NCBI RefSeq assembly: GCF_006345805.1
Contig: NC_043012.1
Location: 18,724,001 to 18,788,000 of the forward strand
Reading direction: 5' to 3'
From: Octopus sinensis
Lineage: Eukaryota
Length of the DNA: 64,000 nucleotides
Notes under the pieces: generated by a model
Told to the model about the DNA's origin: nothing
What the model saw: the letters and a program-made list of their open reading frames with translations, nothing else
Database searches by the model: none
Position numbers and translations under genes: made by a program
Part shown: positions 1 through 14,344 of the stretch, piece after piece
Position numbering within the stretch: position 1 is the first letter of the stretch
How the letters are laid out: every line of letters begins with the position of its first letter

Positions 1-635
1 AAACATTCTAATGGAGAGATTGTGTCTTTGCCCTGGTAGAAGGGGAAGGCTGTGAAATTTGGTTTTATGTTTTTGCACATTTTTCTATATGTTCACTGAG
101 AGGAATTTGCCTGTAATGCGGGAAACAGATTTGGTATTTATGTAGAATGGTTCTCTTTTCAAGGTCATAGCCGTTTGTCCAATATAATTGTGTCAACATA
201 AATTAGGTTCTCAGAGGCGCAAGTGAAACTACTTTTAATTGTGAACCACTGTCCTTGTTTGAAAAGGGAGATCCGAGCTTTCAAGCAGGTTGGGGCAGGT
301 TCCACGGTTTGGGCGTCCACATTTTTCACCGGTTGGTTTCGTGTTTGTTTTGTAAAGCTTCGCGTTTGTTAGTAGTCTCTTTAGCGATTTGGCTTGTTTG
401 TTGCATTTGATGAGTTTGTGTATTTTCAAGATGGCGTTCATTTTTGGATCTCTAGTTGGTAAAGGAAGAGTTTGCACAATAGTGGTGATTGCCTCGCTGT
501 TTCTGGTGTTGTGTGTGTAGATATAAATAGTAATGTTTTGAGTTGAGGTGTGGTGTTATGTTTTGTTGTTCTTAGTGATTTTGTGTCTAATTGTTAGACA
601 CGTTTAATTCCCACGTCGATAAATCAGGGTGGATA
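1..635 (-). mobile_element. Penelope-like retroelement remnant (RT thumb/linker, Cys-rich linker, GIY-YIG endonuclease), degenerate, runs off the window start
   Basis: Minus-strand translation gives STHNTRN...KQAKSLKRLLTNAK, then KCGRPNRGTC, then after frameshifts FTCASENLIYV and YIGQT and PLSEHIEKCA. This is the order linker - CxxxxxxxC - xIY/YIG seen at the PLE C-terminus. Confidence 0.85.
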
Positions 636-645
636 TGTATGTGTT

Positions 646-688
<43 letters not shown>

Positions 689-1124
689 GTATGTATGTAT
701 GTATGTATAAATGTATATAAACACATACACACACAGACACAAACGGAGACTCATGCATATATGTATACGTGTATGTGTCTGTATTTGTTGCATGTATGGT
801 GGGTTTGACTGTGTGTGCTGATGTGCTCATATATATAAAGTCAAATAACTAATACATAATTTCCATATTTGTCAAACACCTCCTCTTTTAGATTACTTTT
901 CGTCATCTTCTTTCATGTTTATAATTACATAAAATATTTTCTTTTTTTTTTTATTTATAATAAGTGTATCCCTTCTGATTTTAACTCAGCAGAATTTTGC
1001 TAACGTGTTGAATACATATATTTATATACTTGTGTGAGAATTAACACATGAATTTTAATGCTTTAAAACTTGACAAGAGCCATATACCTCAATACTTGTA
1101 CATACATACGAATACCGCCTTTAT

Positions 1125-1169
<45 letters not shown>

Positions 1170-3616
1170 TATATATATAATATATATATATATGTGTGTG
1201 TGTGTGCGCACGTGTGTGCGTACGTGCGTGTGAATTTGTGTACAAGTGTGTGCGTTGTGTACGTGTGTGTTTATCGGAAGGAGTTTCACGCATAATCTTT
1301 GTCTTGAATTTGGTAATAATAACTTGGCGTCAAAAGATAAGACATGACAAATCACTCGAATACATTGAATAGATGAAAATACCCTCTGGCATCAACAGGG
1401 ATTTCTATATAGAATACTGTTGTGTGAGTGATCGGCATTCGAAATATGAATACAGGTTTAATGGTACAACAAAAGTAAACAATATTTACTTGAATACATG
1501 CTAACAGCAAATGTAAAATCTACGCTATAGATATGTTTATAACTGAGCTTCTCTTAACGATGTTCTTTGTAGCCCTGCTTACATGCATATGCATCCGCAC
1601 ATAATCATAATTACACATTAGCAAACAAACAGACTCTTATATACCATCATCTGCAAACACACACACATACACACACACACACACATTGCTACTAATGTAG
1701 TGACCAGTTTCAAATTATTCCATCTAAAATTTCTTCCTTACCCAATGCATTTCACATTCTCAAAACACACATGTCACGTATTCTTCAGAATAATTTTGAC
1801 GTACGCTCTATAGAATAAATGATATTTGTACGTGTATTTAGAGATTTAATTCAAAGTAAAATCACATATCCTTCAGGTATATATTTAATCTATGCATTCC
1901 GTTAACATATATCTATTCAATTAGGTTTGTTGAATTTATTCAAATATTTGTATCCGCTTCTGTCGTTATCACCTAAGAGTTTTGACTAAGCCTCAGCGTT
2001 ACAGAAATATTACAAAGAAATAAATACAAAATCAGTGAAAAAATTTGAGGAATCAAGTTAATATATCTGTGAGGATACTACGATGCATTTTCAGTCTCAA
2101 AATCTAACTCTCTAACGGCAGGCAATGCCACTGCCAGTCTTAAAAACATTTGTATGAATCGACCAATTCAAGTCTTTTTCTGGCGCTAGACCGAAGACCT
2201 TGTCGTAATCGTGCTTTTTTTCTAATCCCGCGTTGGTCAATGTTTTTCATTTATTTCAGGCTTTTATAAAATATACCTCATCATTATAGTGCTAGATTGA
2301 CTAAAGCCTTAAAAGATCAGGCAAGATGTCTTTTATTTCTGGAATTTCTATGTTTCAAATTATTATCTTGCTGGTGATTAAATGTCTTTTCTTGTGTAAA
2401 TTCTACTACAAGCAAACGTCTCCGAATTAATTGTGATATAGCAATCTCCAACTTCATGAAAATTAAATAATTCTAAAAGGCTTCTCTTTCGCTCTTCACT
2501 TATTGGTAAATGAAAGAAACAAATTAGAATTAAAGTTATATATTAAATGAAAATACAACAGTGCAAACAATTCAGCTTTAGGAGATTGTGCTACGTGTTA
2601 TGCGCGAAAATGTCAGTCGCCCAGTAACAGTTTGTCAACTCTACTTGATCTAATGTATAATCCAATGCCTTCTATTTTCCATATTATCACAAACAGGCTG
2701 AATACGGGACATCATGAACAGTAGTGTCTTTTTTTCCTGGAAGACAAGGGCATATGTCGAAAAAATAAATTATTTACTGTGTCTAGTAAATCGTTGTCAT
2801 ATAACGACACAGTTTCGTTGTTTGAACTCCGATGTTGTTGATTTAATATGTCACATCAGATTATCCAGATGTATCAGGCTTTTGATAAGAGACCTTCAGG
2901 ATGTGTGCCGTTAAATAACGCATTTCTATTTCAAGCTACTCTGCGTCAAACTCGATACTGCCCAACTCGAACGTATCCCTCTCCATTAAGCATATAAGAA
3001 TGGATGTTACTTTTAGCTCGATCACGTAGTGGCTCCTCATTTACTCGACATTACGAATAGGCCTGTCCTATCAAGCCAGGCTAAACACCCTAAGAGAAAT
3101 ATATGATCTGGTCTATGTGCTATTTACTTCTTTATTCAATTAGAAAGAAAATTTGTTCAAAGTGACAAAATGGGTGTAAAATAGTAATAACGCTTAAATT
3201 AATGGGAACTGAATACTGCAGGAGAGAAAAGATGTCATTTTATTGAAGATATAATTAATAATGGGAAGTAGGCGATACTGTATATATACATATTTGATGA
3301 ATATATCGTATTATTTTCTTAATAGTTGTCGGTAAACTATTAAAACACACGGATATCATATTTCCAATATCACAGTAGAAAGCAAGTCGTAAAAACATTG
3401 CAAATAATTAGTGTCATAATTGGTAGGAAAAAATAACGTGTTGTTTTTGGATAAAAGACAATTTTTGAAAGAAAACAAAAAATTCGTGTCGTTTATGAAT
3501 AAGAAACTACAACAAAACGAAAGAAATATTATTGAACTAATATTTACCGAGATGTTTATTTCCTTCTTTTGATAGATCCTTCACAATTATCGTCACTTTG
3601 TTTGGCGTAATGCCGA

Positions 3617-3664
<48 letters not shown>

Positions 3665-4034
3665 ACGTACACACAGCCGTTCATACCCACACACCAGCAT
3701 AAGCACAGGCATAAATTATCTTACATATACACACACAGGAACATACACGCACACACATACAACACACAAATAAACACACAGACATATTGCGTAATGAAAG
3801 TCGAAAAAATATCGCAGATACTCATGCAGGAAAAAATGTGTTCAGTAATTGTACTTGAAAACAATCCACAAAATTTAACCTGTCTTATGATTTAGCCACA
3901 TGTGCTACCTCACTCTCTCTGTATATATATGTATACATACACACACACACACATATGTATGTATGTATGTACGTATGTATGTATGTATGCATGTATGCAT
4001 GTATGTATGTATCTATATATCTATCTATCTAAAT

Positions 4035-4066
<32 letters not shown>

Positions 4067-4072
4067 ACATAA

Positions 4073-4103
<31 letters not shown>

Positions 4104-4204
4104 TATATACATACATGTATACATGAATACATACTTACACGCACACACACATATATAAAAATTAAACAAATCAATCAGAGAAATGTTTATACGTTACCGA
4201 TATA

Positions 4205-4272
<68 letters not shown>

Positions 4273-4311
4273 ATATATATATACATGTATACATAAATAT
4301 ATATATATATG

Positions 4312-4343
<32 letters not shown>

Positions 4344-4663
4344 CACATATACATATAAACATACATATGTATATGTATATGTGTATGTATGCATATATGT
4401 ATGTATCTATATATACATGTACATACAGATTACAGGTGTATCAATACCAAGCAAGATAGTGTTTGATACATCAGTGGCGTGACGTGTATCTTCCACAATG
4501 TGCGTTGTCAGTAGCACAATTGCTCAACTGAATTTGCAGTAGCCAAAAGAAGTGGAATTAAATAAACCGTGGCACACACTTATGGTCTAAGAATTTGCTT
4601 GTTTCAAAGAAACATTAGCTGAAAGAAAGAACTTAGCATGGCCAGTAGCACATATTGTATCAA

Positions 4664-4840
4664 AATTCTTTTCTACTCTAGGCACAAGGCTCGAAATTTT
4701 CGGAGAGGAGTCCAGTCAATTAGATCGACCCCAGTACACAACTGGTACTTAATTTATCGACCTCGAAAGGATGAAAGGCAAAGCCGATCTCGGCTGGAAT
4801 TGAACTCATTTCGCCCGGTTTGCTAACGTTTCTGCCACCT
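4664..4840 (-). mobile_element. tRNA-derived SINE, family A, internally deleted
   Basis: Reverse complement matches the copies at 40068 and 46412: tggcagaaacgttagc...gagttcaattcc...tttgcctttcatcctttcgaggtcgataaattaagtaccagt. Confidence 0.85.
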
Positions 4841-6129
4841 ATAAAGGCATACTGTATATTTATACGTGCTACGTGTGTGTGTATATGAGTGTGCGAACCT
4901 GTGTTTGTGTGTGTGAGCGCGCGCATGTATGAATACACTCACCCTTTATTCGTACACTTGGAATTCAAGTTTTAGCGTTCTGTTGTTATTTATTTTCCCC
5001 AAACATCTCTCTCTATTTTTCGTTTCTTGTATTTTTGTCATAACTGTATAATGCATTTTCTAATGCCCATTGTAATGGTATTTGCTTTTTATGGTATTAT
5101 GGAGTCGTATGTCACAAATTTTATGAAATTAATATTTACCAGAAGCGACTTTGGAGTCATTCGCTTCCTATTCATTATTTGATACCGCATACGTATTTTA
5201 AAGACATTATCATTCTGCTGGCGTGTTTTCGATTCTCTTGCCCATCTCTGTATTCTTTCCTTCAACTAAACATTTCATATCTTGTTTTCAGTGAGCTGAA
5301 TAAAGAGACATTATCAGTGCATCGTCTCCGCTCGCGCTATCTTTCTTTTGCACATACATTGTCTATTGGCATACGTTGTCTAGAGACGATTGTGAGGGTG
5401 TCGTGTGTATCAGTAGTATGCCATGCATCATTCCTTCTCACTTTCCAGCTCTCAAAACCTGGGTGCCTCTCGTGTCAAATACCGGGAGAAACAAGATATT
5501 ATATGTATTTTTTCACGATTTCATGTACACCAAAAATCTACTAAAAGTAGATCATGGTACATGAGTATGACAATCGTAATAATATGTGTAGCACACAAGT
5601 TTTGTAACCAAGCATATTATACATAGATTCGAGAATATATATAATAAATGAAAAGAAACCATTTTTTAAAATATTTTTCTCAAAATATGATAACAAAATT
5701 ACATATGAATGGAAGATGAACATATTGGGACATAAATGGTTCTACTAAAAGAACAAAAAATATTTAGCATCTGCAAATCAATGAAGTCATCACAATATAT
5801 TTGATCACTTGCACATAACTTGACTCTACAATAAAGAAATATGACAAACAAATGGAGAGACAAATACTAAATAAAAACTCCAAACACAATAAGATACCAT
5901 GAAATACATCAGGCTCAATATGCAAGGAAATGATAAGAGAGTAAAAAAAGGAAAGAGAAGAGAAGAAACAGAGAATATGAGAATATTACACAAGCTTTTA
6001 AATAAGAACCAGTCCAGCTTCACGTGATGCAACATTGATCATAGAAACAATGATACCACATACAAAGGTAGATAGATTAATACACACACGCACATACATG
6101 CGCACATGCGCACACACACACATAAACAA

Positions 6130-6795
6130 GTCCCTTGTAGTGAGCGACCGGCCGATATCGCTCTCCTCTCATATCATTAACATTTCTGAAAGGGTGGTGA
6201 GATCACGGACAAGCGACTTTCTTGAAAGCCACAGACTGCTTAACCCCAACAAACATGGGTTCTGTAATGGGAGGAACTGCCTAAAGTAGCTCTTGTATTA
6301 CCTTGATGACATTTTGAGAGATTGAGTCAGAGCTCGAATACTTATGTCATTTACCTTGATTTCAGCAAGGCTTTTGACAGGGCGGAACATAAAATCCTCT
6401 TGAAAAAACTATCTAACGTTGGTATCTCCGGAAAGATACCCTGGACCAAGAGTTTCCTGACAGGCAGAACCCAACACGTTGTAGTCGAAGGAATAAAATC
6501 AAATCCACCCAACATTAGTAGGTGTGTTCCACAAGGCACTCTGTTGGGCACACTTCTTTTCATCATCTACATCAATGACATTACTGATATCATCAAGAAC
6601 AGTAACATAAGAATCTTTGCAGATGGTTCCAAGAACCAGACGGTCATGAATGAAGTGGGTGACCGGGCTGTCATCTAATGGGCGGAAAAGAATAATATGC
6701 TGCTAAACGAGTTCAAATTTTAGTTAATCCACTTCGGAAAAGAAGATACTCTGGAAGTCCTATAATGCTTTCCTTCAGGTGAAACTCTCAAAGTT
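6130..6795 (+). mobile_element. CR1/L2-group non-LTR retrotransposon reverse transcriptase fragment (decayed)
   Basis: Motifs RPISLSSH, NKHGF, YLDFSKAFD, VPQGTLLGTLLFIIYIND and IFADG across ORFs 6035-6289 and 6322-6678; stops and frameshifts present. Confidence 0.92.
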
Positions 6796-7137
6796 TCGTT
6801 TATGAACTATTGCACTTTTGAGACAGTTATCGGTGCAATTGTCTTTAGATATTTCTGTGTCTATATGATATTACTGCTAGCGTTGGCGAGTGATTCATCT
6901 TCCGCTACCGATATAGACAAGAGTGCTTTTTTGCACCCTGATCCAATATGAGAGTTTCCCTCATGCTAACGGCCGCATATTTTAAGTTCAATAAAAATTT
7001 AAGTGGGGGATAAATATTACCGTCTGGTATTAACAATGCTTCTGTCCCTATTAACTATGTGTGTATGTTACTTAATTATCTACATTACTTCATGAGTATA
7101 GCCTCAACCACTAGGATGTCTAGAGAACTCACATGTA

Positions 7138-7229
7138 TTTTAGCTGATGAGTACGGGACACGTTTATATGCTGTAATTTTTTGCAACTTTTAATAAAGCC
7201 TGTCCTTGTATGAAACGATTGTACTAAAA
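7138..7229 (+). ncRNA. Type I hammerhead ribozyme-like motif with extended stem II
   Basis: Stem I ttttag (7138-7143) / ctaaaa (7224-7229); core CTGATGA (7144-7150); stem II gtac-gggaca / tgtcct-t-gtat; GAAA (7212-7215); stem III ACGATTGT; GUA cleavage triplet (cut after 7223). Confidence 0.75.
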
Positions 7230-7285
7230 ACCTATCCATTCTTGTTGCTTCTTTCTCGCGTATATATATATATATATTATATATA

Positions 7286-7335
<50 letters not shown>

Positions 7336-8017
7336 GACTAAAAAGCTATATTAGAATCACAGGAAAGACAGTAACTGACTATGATAAATTCAATAGTAAC
7401 GCCCACAACAGATGCGCATGTGCTACTGGCATTTTTAACAAGTTCTCTACCGGAAATGCATCTATCTGCGGAAATGAATCCGAAAATTTACAACATTAAA
7501 TGACATATATTGCTTCTGTGGCTTTGGTTGTTTCAGTGAGAGATCGTGAGGAATTGTAATGGAATATCATACAATTTAGAAAGTCTTTAAAAATTGAAGC
7601 AAAATATATTCAATATAAGATATGAAAAAATATACAAACATAAAAGAAAACGGAAATATAACTTTTAGTAGCGCATTTGAAAACGGGTGGTGTAAGGTGA
7701 TCTTTTTATCAGAATTCATTATATATATATATATATATTTGTGTGTGTGTGTGCTTTATATATACATATAAATATATGAATATGCTTATATATACATATA
7801 AATATACCTGTATTTGTTTACATATACATACATATATATATATTATAATATATATATATATAATATATATATATGTGTGTGTGTGTGTGTGGTGTGTGTG
7901 TGTGTGTGTGTGTCTGTATATGCTTGTATATACATGCATATATATTTATATGCTTATATATACATATACATATATTTATTTATATGTTTATGTATATATA
8001 TATATATATTTGTTTAT

Positions 8018-8057
<40 letters not shown>

Positions 8058-11000
8058 GTATGTGTGTGTGTATGCATATCTTTATAAATAAATAAATAAA
8101 TATATATATATAGAATACATTCATACATGTATACATACATATATCTACACATATGATAGGAGATATTGGAGAAAGAGAAAATTTAAAGATCTTCTATACG
8201 TTACGTGTTTCCATATGTATAATATTCTTCTGAAAATGTTAGCACTTCCATCAAGAGAAATAGGCTATTTAGATCAAAGCCATAATATATATACAAAGAT
8301 ATCGGAACATATTAGGCTGGATAACACATATGTAATAATAGATTCTCAAGTCTATTCCAAAAAAACATATCAAAATATCTCAACACTAGCAAAAAGTGGA
8401 TTGGATTACGTTAGATCGAAGAAATACATAATGCCTATGCCATCATGGCCTTATGCGACTCGAGGTGAATTCAATTCAATGTAATTGATCTATGTGTTCA
8501 GAACTGGAAATTATTGAAGAGTAGATTCTGCGGCAGTTCATTATAGCGGTAAGTATCTGGAAATGCACGCCACCTTGTCCCTATTTAGAGTGTCCATGAA
8601 TGAAGCACTCTGTTCATCGCCTACAATGAGCAGAAATTTTCCTATTGCCACGGAACAATAAGAAGGAGATGAAGAATGGTGAGGAGAAATAGAATGTTGC
8701 AGGCAGGAAGATGATTTAAAAAATGGAATAACACCAACAGCAGAAATATGGATATCCTAAACTGGGAGATGGATAGCCTTTCACAGAGATGTGTTAGATC
8801 GCGTTTGAATTTTGTCATGCCACTACAATATACAATTTATTGCGCACTAGATATTCTAAAACTGAATTCCCTAAAGAAAATCATTATTCACTCATTTGTA
8901 TTCACGTATGCATACATACATAAACACAGGCGCGTAAGGACACACACACACACATATACACGCGTGCATGTATATGTATACATAGAGAAACACGCAATAC
9001 CATAATGATCTAATGATCAATTTTGTAAGGTACATTACAAGACAGATTCTACGCTGCAGCACCAAATTCATGTTACACTCCGATATTTTAATAATTGAGT
9101 AATTTCAGAGAGAAGGTATATGAAATAATACAGTTATTTTGTATTGTCAATATAGTTTAGGTTACAAATATGCAATTCTCGTTAGTTACAATCCACTTTG
9201 AACATACTTCATTGCATCGTGATGGGAACTATACAGCACAATTTCAAAATACTATCTTATTTCCTTTTAAAAATACTATACTAGTGATTATTGCAGCTTA
9301 AACATATTATAATACACTGGTGTTAAATAAACCATTGAAACACTGCATCTGATCACACTTGTCTGAAGACGACTATAATGTAACCGAAAAAGAAAATACC
9401 ATATATCTTAATAAGATTTCGTTCTCTGCCAAAGACACAATAATATCCTGTGTCTTCAATATTGAATCAGTGAAATGCATCGGCTTCAAGTTAAATTTGT
9501 TAGTTTCATGACAGGTCTTATTTCGTATTGTATTTTCACCTATAGACAAAGCGTGCTTCTCATATAAGAAAATTGTTCTTATCAGTCGAAGTAATAGATT
9601 TTACGATAGCCTTTTACGATATGCAATTCTCGCTTTAGATTTTAGTACTTACCAAACAAATCAACTTATTTTAATATACGCTTTTAGCACCATCAAACAT
9701 TTCTATAATGGACATACGGCGGGACACTCGAAGTTATTTATTTAAATACACCCAAATATGTTCCTTCTGAACAACGTAATACTGCTTTGAATGAAGGACA
9801 AAATAAATTTACGAAGGAAAGTCATTTATTTTACAATTCTTCATGATGATTTTAACATTACATAGATGAATATTTGGAGTCAAATATCAATGAACACTAT
9901 TCTCTTCTCAGTTATTCACATGAGCAAAATTACTACAATAATCACTCTTGAGATGGGAAATTTATTTCCTTCATAAGAATGAAAATGCGTTGAGGCTTGT
10001 TACCTTATTCTAAATTAATACGCAGTAACTATCTAAAAATTACTGCGATATAGAACTGTATAATGTTGTGCCTTCGATGACAAAAAATTATATTATACGT
10101 AATAATTGATGACAGTGCATCTGCAAAGTTACCCAATATGCTCCAAACGGCAAACAAATTCCCTTATCTGACAAGCTCGATTGCAAGCAAAACAAATAGA
10201 AGAGAATATTTTTAGTTGTAGAAAATTGCAAAATGACAATTGTCAGGTTCGTAAAAATCTCTGAAATTCGACCGTAAAATGTTGATATTCTTTTAGTATG
10301 TTATTCTGTACTTATTACCCGTGTGCTTACATATTTGTAACTTTTTGGTGATGACCTCTACTTAACGTGTATTCTTTCATTTATTTATAATAATCCGCCA
10401 CGCAGCCTCGTGCACAGTAAGTTCTTACATTAATATATAAGCACTGTGACTCCCCACCGTTTTCTTTCTTTCTCTCTATCCCTATATAATCCTTTATATT
10501 TTCGTTTCTCCCCCTGATGTCTTGCTGTCCTCTGCCTGTTTTTCTGTCACTCGCTACTATTTTTCGTTCTTTTTTCCTTCTCCTCACTCACTTTGTTTCT
10601 TTCCCTCATCCTCTTTTTTGTCCCCTCTGCTTGTTGCTCACACATGACTACAAGCCATTCCTCTCGTGTCTCACCATTGTTTCTCTTCTGTTTATTCCAT
10701 ATCATTTAAAAACAATTCTCCCAAGCGTTACACACTGCAATTCATCTTGGCCTAATGTCCCTTAATATTTTTTTTCGTGGATTGCTTACTTTGTACATCC
10801 GCTCTGTTGTTGCTTGTTTGGTCGAATCCTATCTCACCACAATTTTTTATATATTCAAAATTGTAGATGATTTTGTCTTATGTTTTCCTATCTCGTCTTT
10901 GAACGCACGAAATAGGGAGTAGTAAAGCTGTCGATAACTGACAAGGAGTTATTTTCTTTTGATATGTTTTCCTGTACTTATCTCTCGTGTATCTACGTAT

Positions 11001-14000
11001 TTTCCCCTCGTTGGTGATGTCCTGTATTTAATGTGTATTTTTTGTTTATATTGAACACCACGCAGAGTTGTCCACAATAAGTTCTTACACACACACACAC
11101 ATATGTGCGTATATGTTTGAAAGACTCCTATTGTTGAGAATAAAGGCCACAATCTATAGTATTTCTGGACATAAAATGTGATACAGTAAGATCCGATAAT
11201 TATCGGGAGAGGTGGTTTTTAGGGAAGCATAACAAAATGACATGGAAGACGTTTCTGGACTAACTACATGAAATAATGATCTGGCAATAGAAACCTGACA
11301 GACTGCATACATTCAGCACAACGCAGCAGGAATTAGTGGTTGATGAAAATGACCGCTAATATAAGCTTGATATTAACGATGTATAGTAGCTGGTAGAAAT
11401 CAAAAGCTCTAGCAAGGCTCTGCTTCAAATTTACAAATGAATATAATCCATGTAGTGACCGGGGTTTGCTACAGCTAAGTAATATATTTGAAATATTACT
11501 TGAATAGTTTTATTTAAATGCCGGATGTCTTGTATTGAAATACACACCCAATATTTGCTGCAAATATTACTCGCTCGGTGTTCCGTGCATTACCAGCAGG
11601 AATATATGATATTCCTTTATTTCCTGAAGCTATTTATTGATCGATTGTGAGGATGTAACGCGTCTATTGAGGAACAGAAAAAGGTATACTCATTGATTAG
11701 TGCATATTACACCAAACAGAAGTAAAATTATCAATATCAAAGCCTGAATAATTTATTCCGTGCCGTTTTGCCTCTTAACCGCCTCTGAATATTATAAAAG
11801 ATAAAATGTATTTGTTTCTAACTCTGTTTTAAACAGAGTAGTATGAAGTTTAAGTCTTATAATTTATTTTGAACACTAAATCCTATATTTATTCTGAATA
11901 CTTTTGATTATGAACATAGAAAGCGATAACCCAGCAGAGTACATGTAATGCAATGTATATTTATAATACAGTTTCTCTGTATTAGCTGCTGAGAAGGAAT
12001 TATGAGTTATCGCTATTTTTCCGAATTTCCCTAGCGGAGTTTCAACCAAGTAGCATTTTCCAAATATCCTTTAGATGACCAATCAGAGCGAGCTTTGTTT
12101 GAAGTATGTTAATATATAATTTAATGAACTGAATATTATATCCTCCTGATCCTATGTCTATGTAAGATCCTAATATTATAACTATCTTTAAACATTCTGA
12201 TTTCAATCGCGGCAAATATATTCGTTTCCATAATTCTTCCTGGATGTTTGCAACATCAAAGGAAGTTTCATCATGGATCTTTAGAAATTCTTAGATCCAA
12301 TCGGTTTCCGGTCTCTATTGAAATAATTTCGATAATGTTTCTTTAATCTTACATAAATCTCCATCTATTAAGATTTTGCGATATATTTTATGGGTATTTT
12401 ATGAAAGCAGTAGTAATACTTCAATTTCTAAAGTTGGTTAGAAGGTTGCTGAAGGCGATTTGTAGACTGATTACCCCATCGAATAGCACAGTATATACCC
12501 GGCTATAGCTAATCCCTGATTCATATTGTGGTTTTCGTTTAATAGCTAATACTGGTAATTTTAGCCTGTTAAACATCTTTCATTTCTCTGATACAGAAAT
12601 ACTTTCAAATTTACAGTCCAATATATTCGTCTCAGCAAATATGTTTCTGTTCCTTCCTTTATACAAATCGCAAGACTGCTGTAAAAAATATATCCTATAT
12701 TAATCGATATAATTTTTTTCAGTTCGTTATATACCGTAAGTTCGAAGTATGTAAACTTTTAGCGCGATGTTATCTGCGAGCAATTTTTGTGTCCAGATAT
12801 CGAATGCCATCATGCATTATCTATTCAATTATGAATTAAATTAAATTTTTAAAAGTATTCATAATTTTAATATTATTAACAGATGATTTGTCATACTATA
12901 CACATTAATACTGCATAATATTTTTCATAGACTAGCATAAATTTGTGTTAAAACGTGAAGCACCTCGCGTTATGTGTAGCTATAAAATATAACCGATTCA
13001 TTCAGATAACGTGTAAATCTTTTTCAACAACATAAACGCGATAAATATTTATACGTGCCGTACAACTATATAATATACGGAATCAGTTCAATGGATAATC
13101 CGGTTACGGTTTATATAGAAAAGGTTTTGTGGGTAATTCTAGTGGCCAACATGAGTGCTTCAGTTTGTTAAAGATTGTGTCTCCGAAATGTTGATGACGT
13201 AAGGTCATCTATGACCTTGACTTGAAAAGGTCGTCTGTTAAGCCTGGCTAGCATTTTCACCTTATTCACCTGTAGCTATAAAATGTGATCGAGCATTTGA
13301 AGTAATGAGTAACTGTTATTGTATCAGAAACAAATAGCATTCTATGTGGCCTTTTTGTCTTTAAAGAACCACAAATATCTTGAATTTCACAGCCGTCAGC
13401 ACGTTACAGTTCTTTTAAGTTGAGTTTTACCAACTACAATTTATATTAGTGATGTATTTTATTAATTTTTATGCAACACACTAATCTCCCGAATGTTTTG
13501 ATTGACTATATATAGAAATCTATATTTATCAGCGAATAGAAATTACAAAGTTCACAGCTGAACCGATTATTGCATGTTGTCTTGCAAAGATTTTAATCAG
13601 TACTTGGTGGAACACACGATGAATGAAATACGAATGTCTTGGAAATCTTTTTAGATAATTTCATCTCTATTATGGAAACGGGGAATCGGAATATTCTGAT
13701 GTCATCCGTGCATTAAAGGACGGATATTAATTACTTGGTAGATAATAGTCAATTCCTTGCCGTTGAGAACCGGCAGAATGAGAAATGTATGATTGCATGC
13801 TTTTAATGCTAATGTTTATCTATGCTCCATTGTTATATTTTTCAATATTGTGTAGAGAAGCTGGAATCTCAGCAATTATTGGATCAAAAGAAAAGCCGAT
13901 TGATATCAAGAATACTCTTTTTTCTACCTAAATTATTGCAACGATTATGATTCTGTAAAAAAAACGACGTTTCCCGATACAATAATGTTAATAGCATATA

Positions 14001-14344
14001 AACTTCGAAGGGATATATAATGAAGCTGTAATGGGATGAAATTTTAACATGCACCATTCAGGAATCTGACAGAGTTCCTACAATTAAGCAGAATTAAGGC
14101 AGACCTCTTATACAAAATCGACCAATAGCAAAGGAAATATCATACACAATACAAGACGCAGTTTCACTTTACAGCATATTGGTGTAGTCACATAAAAAGG
14201 TCATACGTGTTAAATCTTTTAGTTTAACATATTATAGACACTTCTTCCTGTAATAAAAAAGATTTTGGGATATCTCTCTATCTATTTACTTATGATTTTA
14301 TATGTATGCATTTATGTGTGTTTGTGTGTATGTGCGCATGTGTG

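Noticed and set aside
8502-8548. 47-nt segment with a good acceptor and a GTAAGT donor
   Set aside because: Stops in all three frames; cannot be supported without RNA data.
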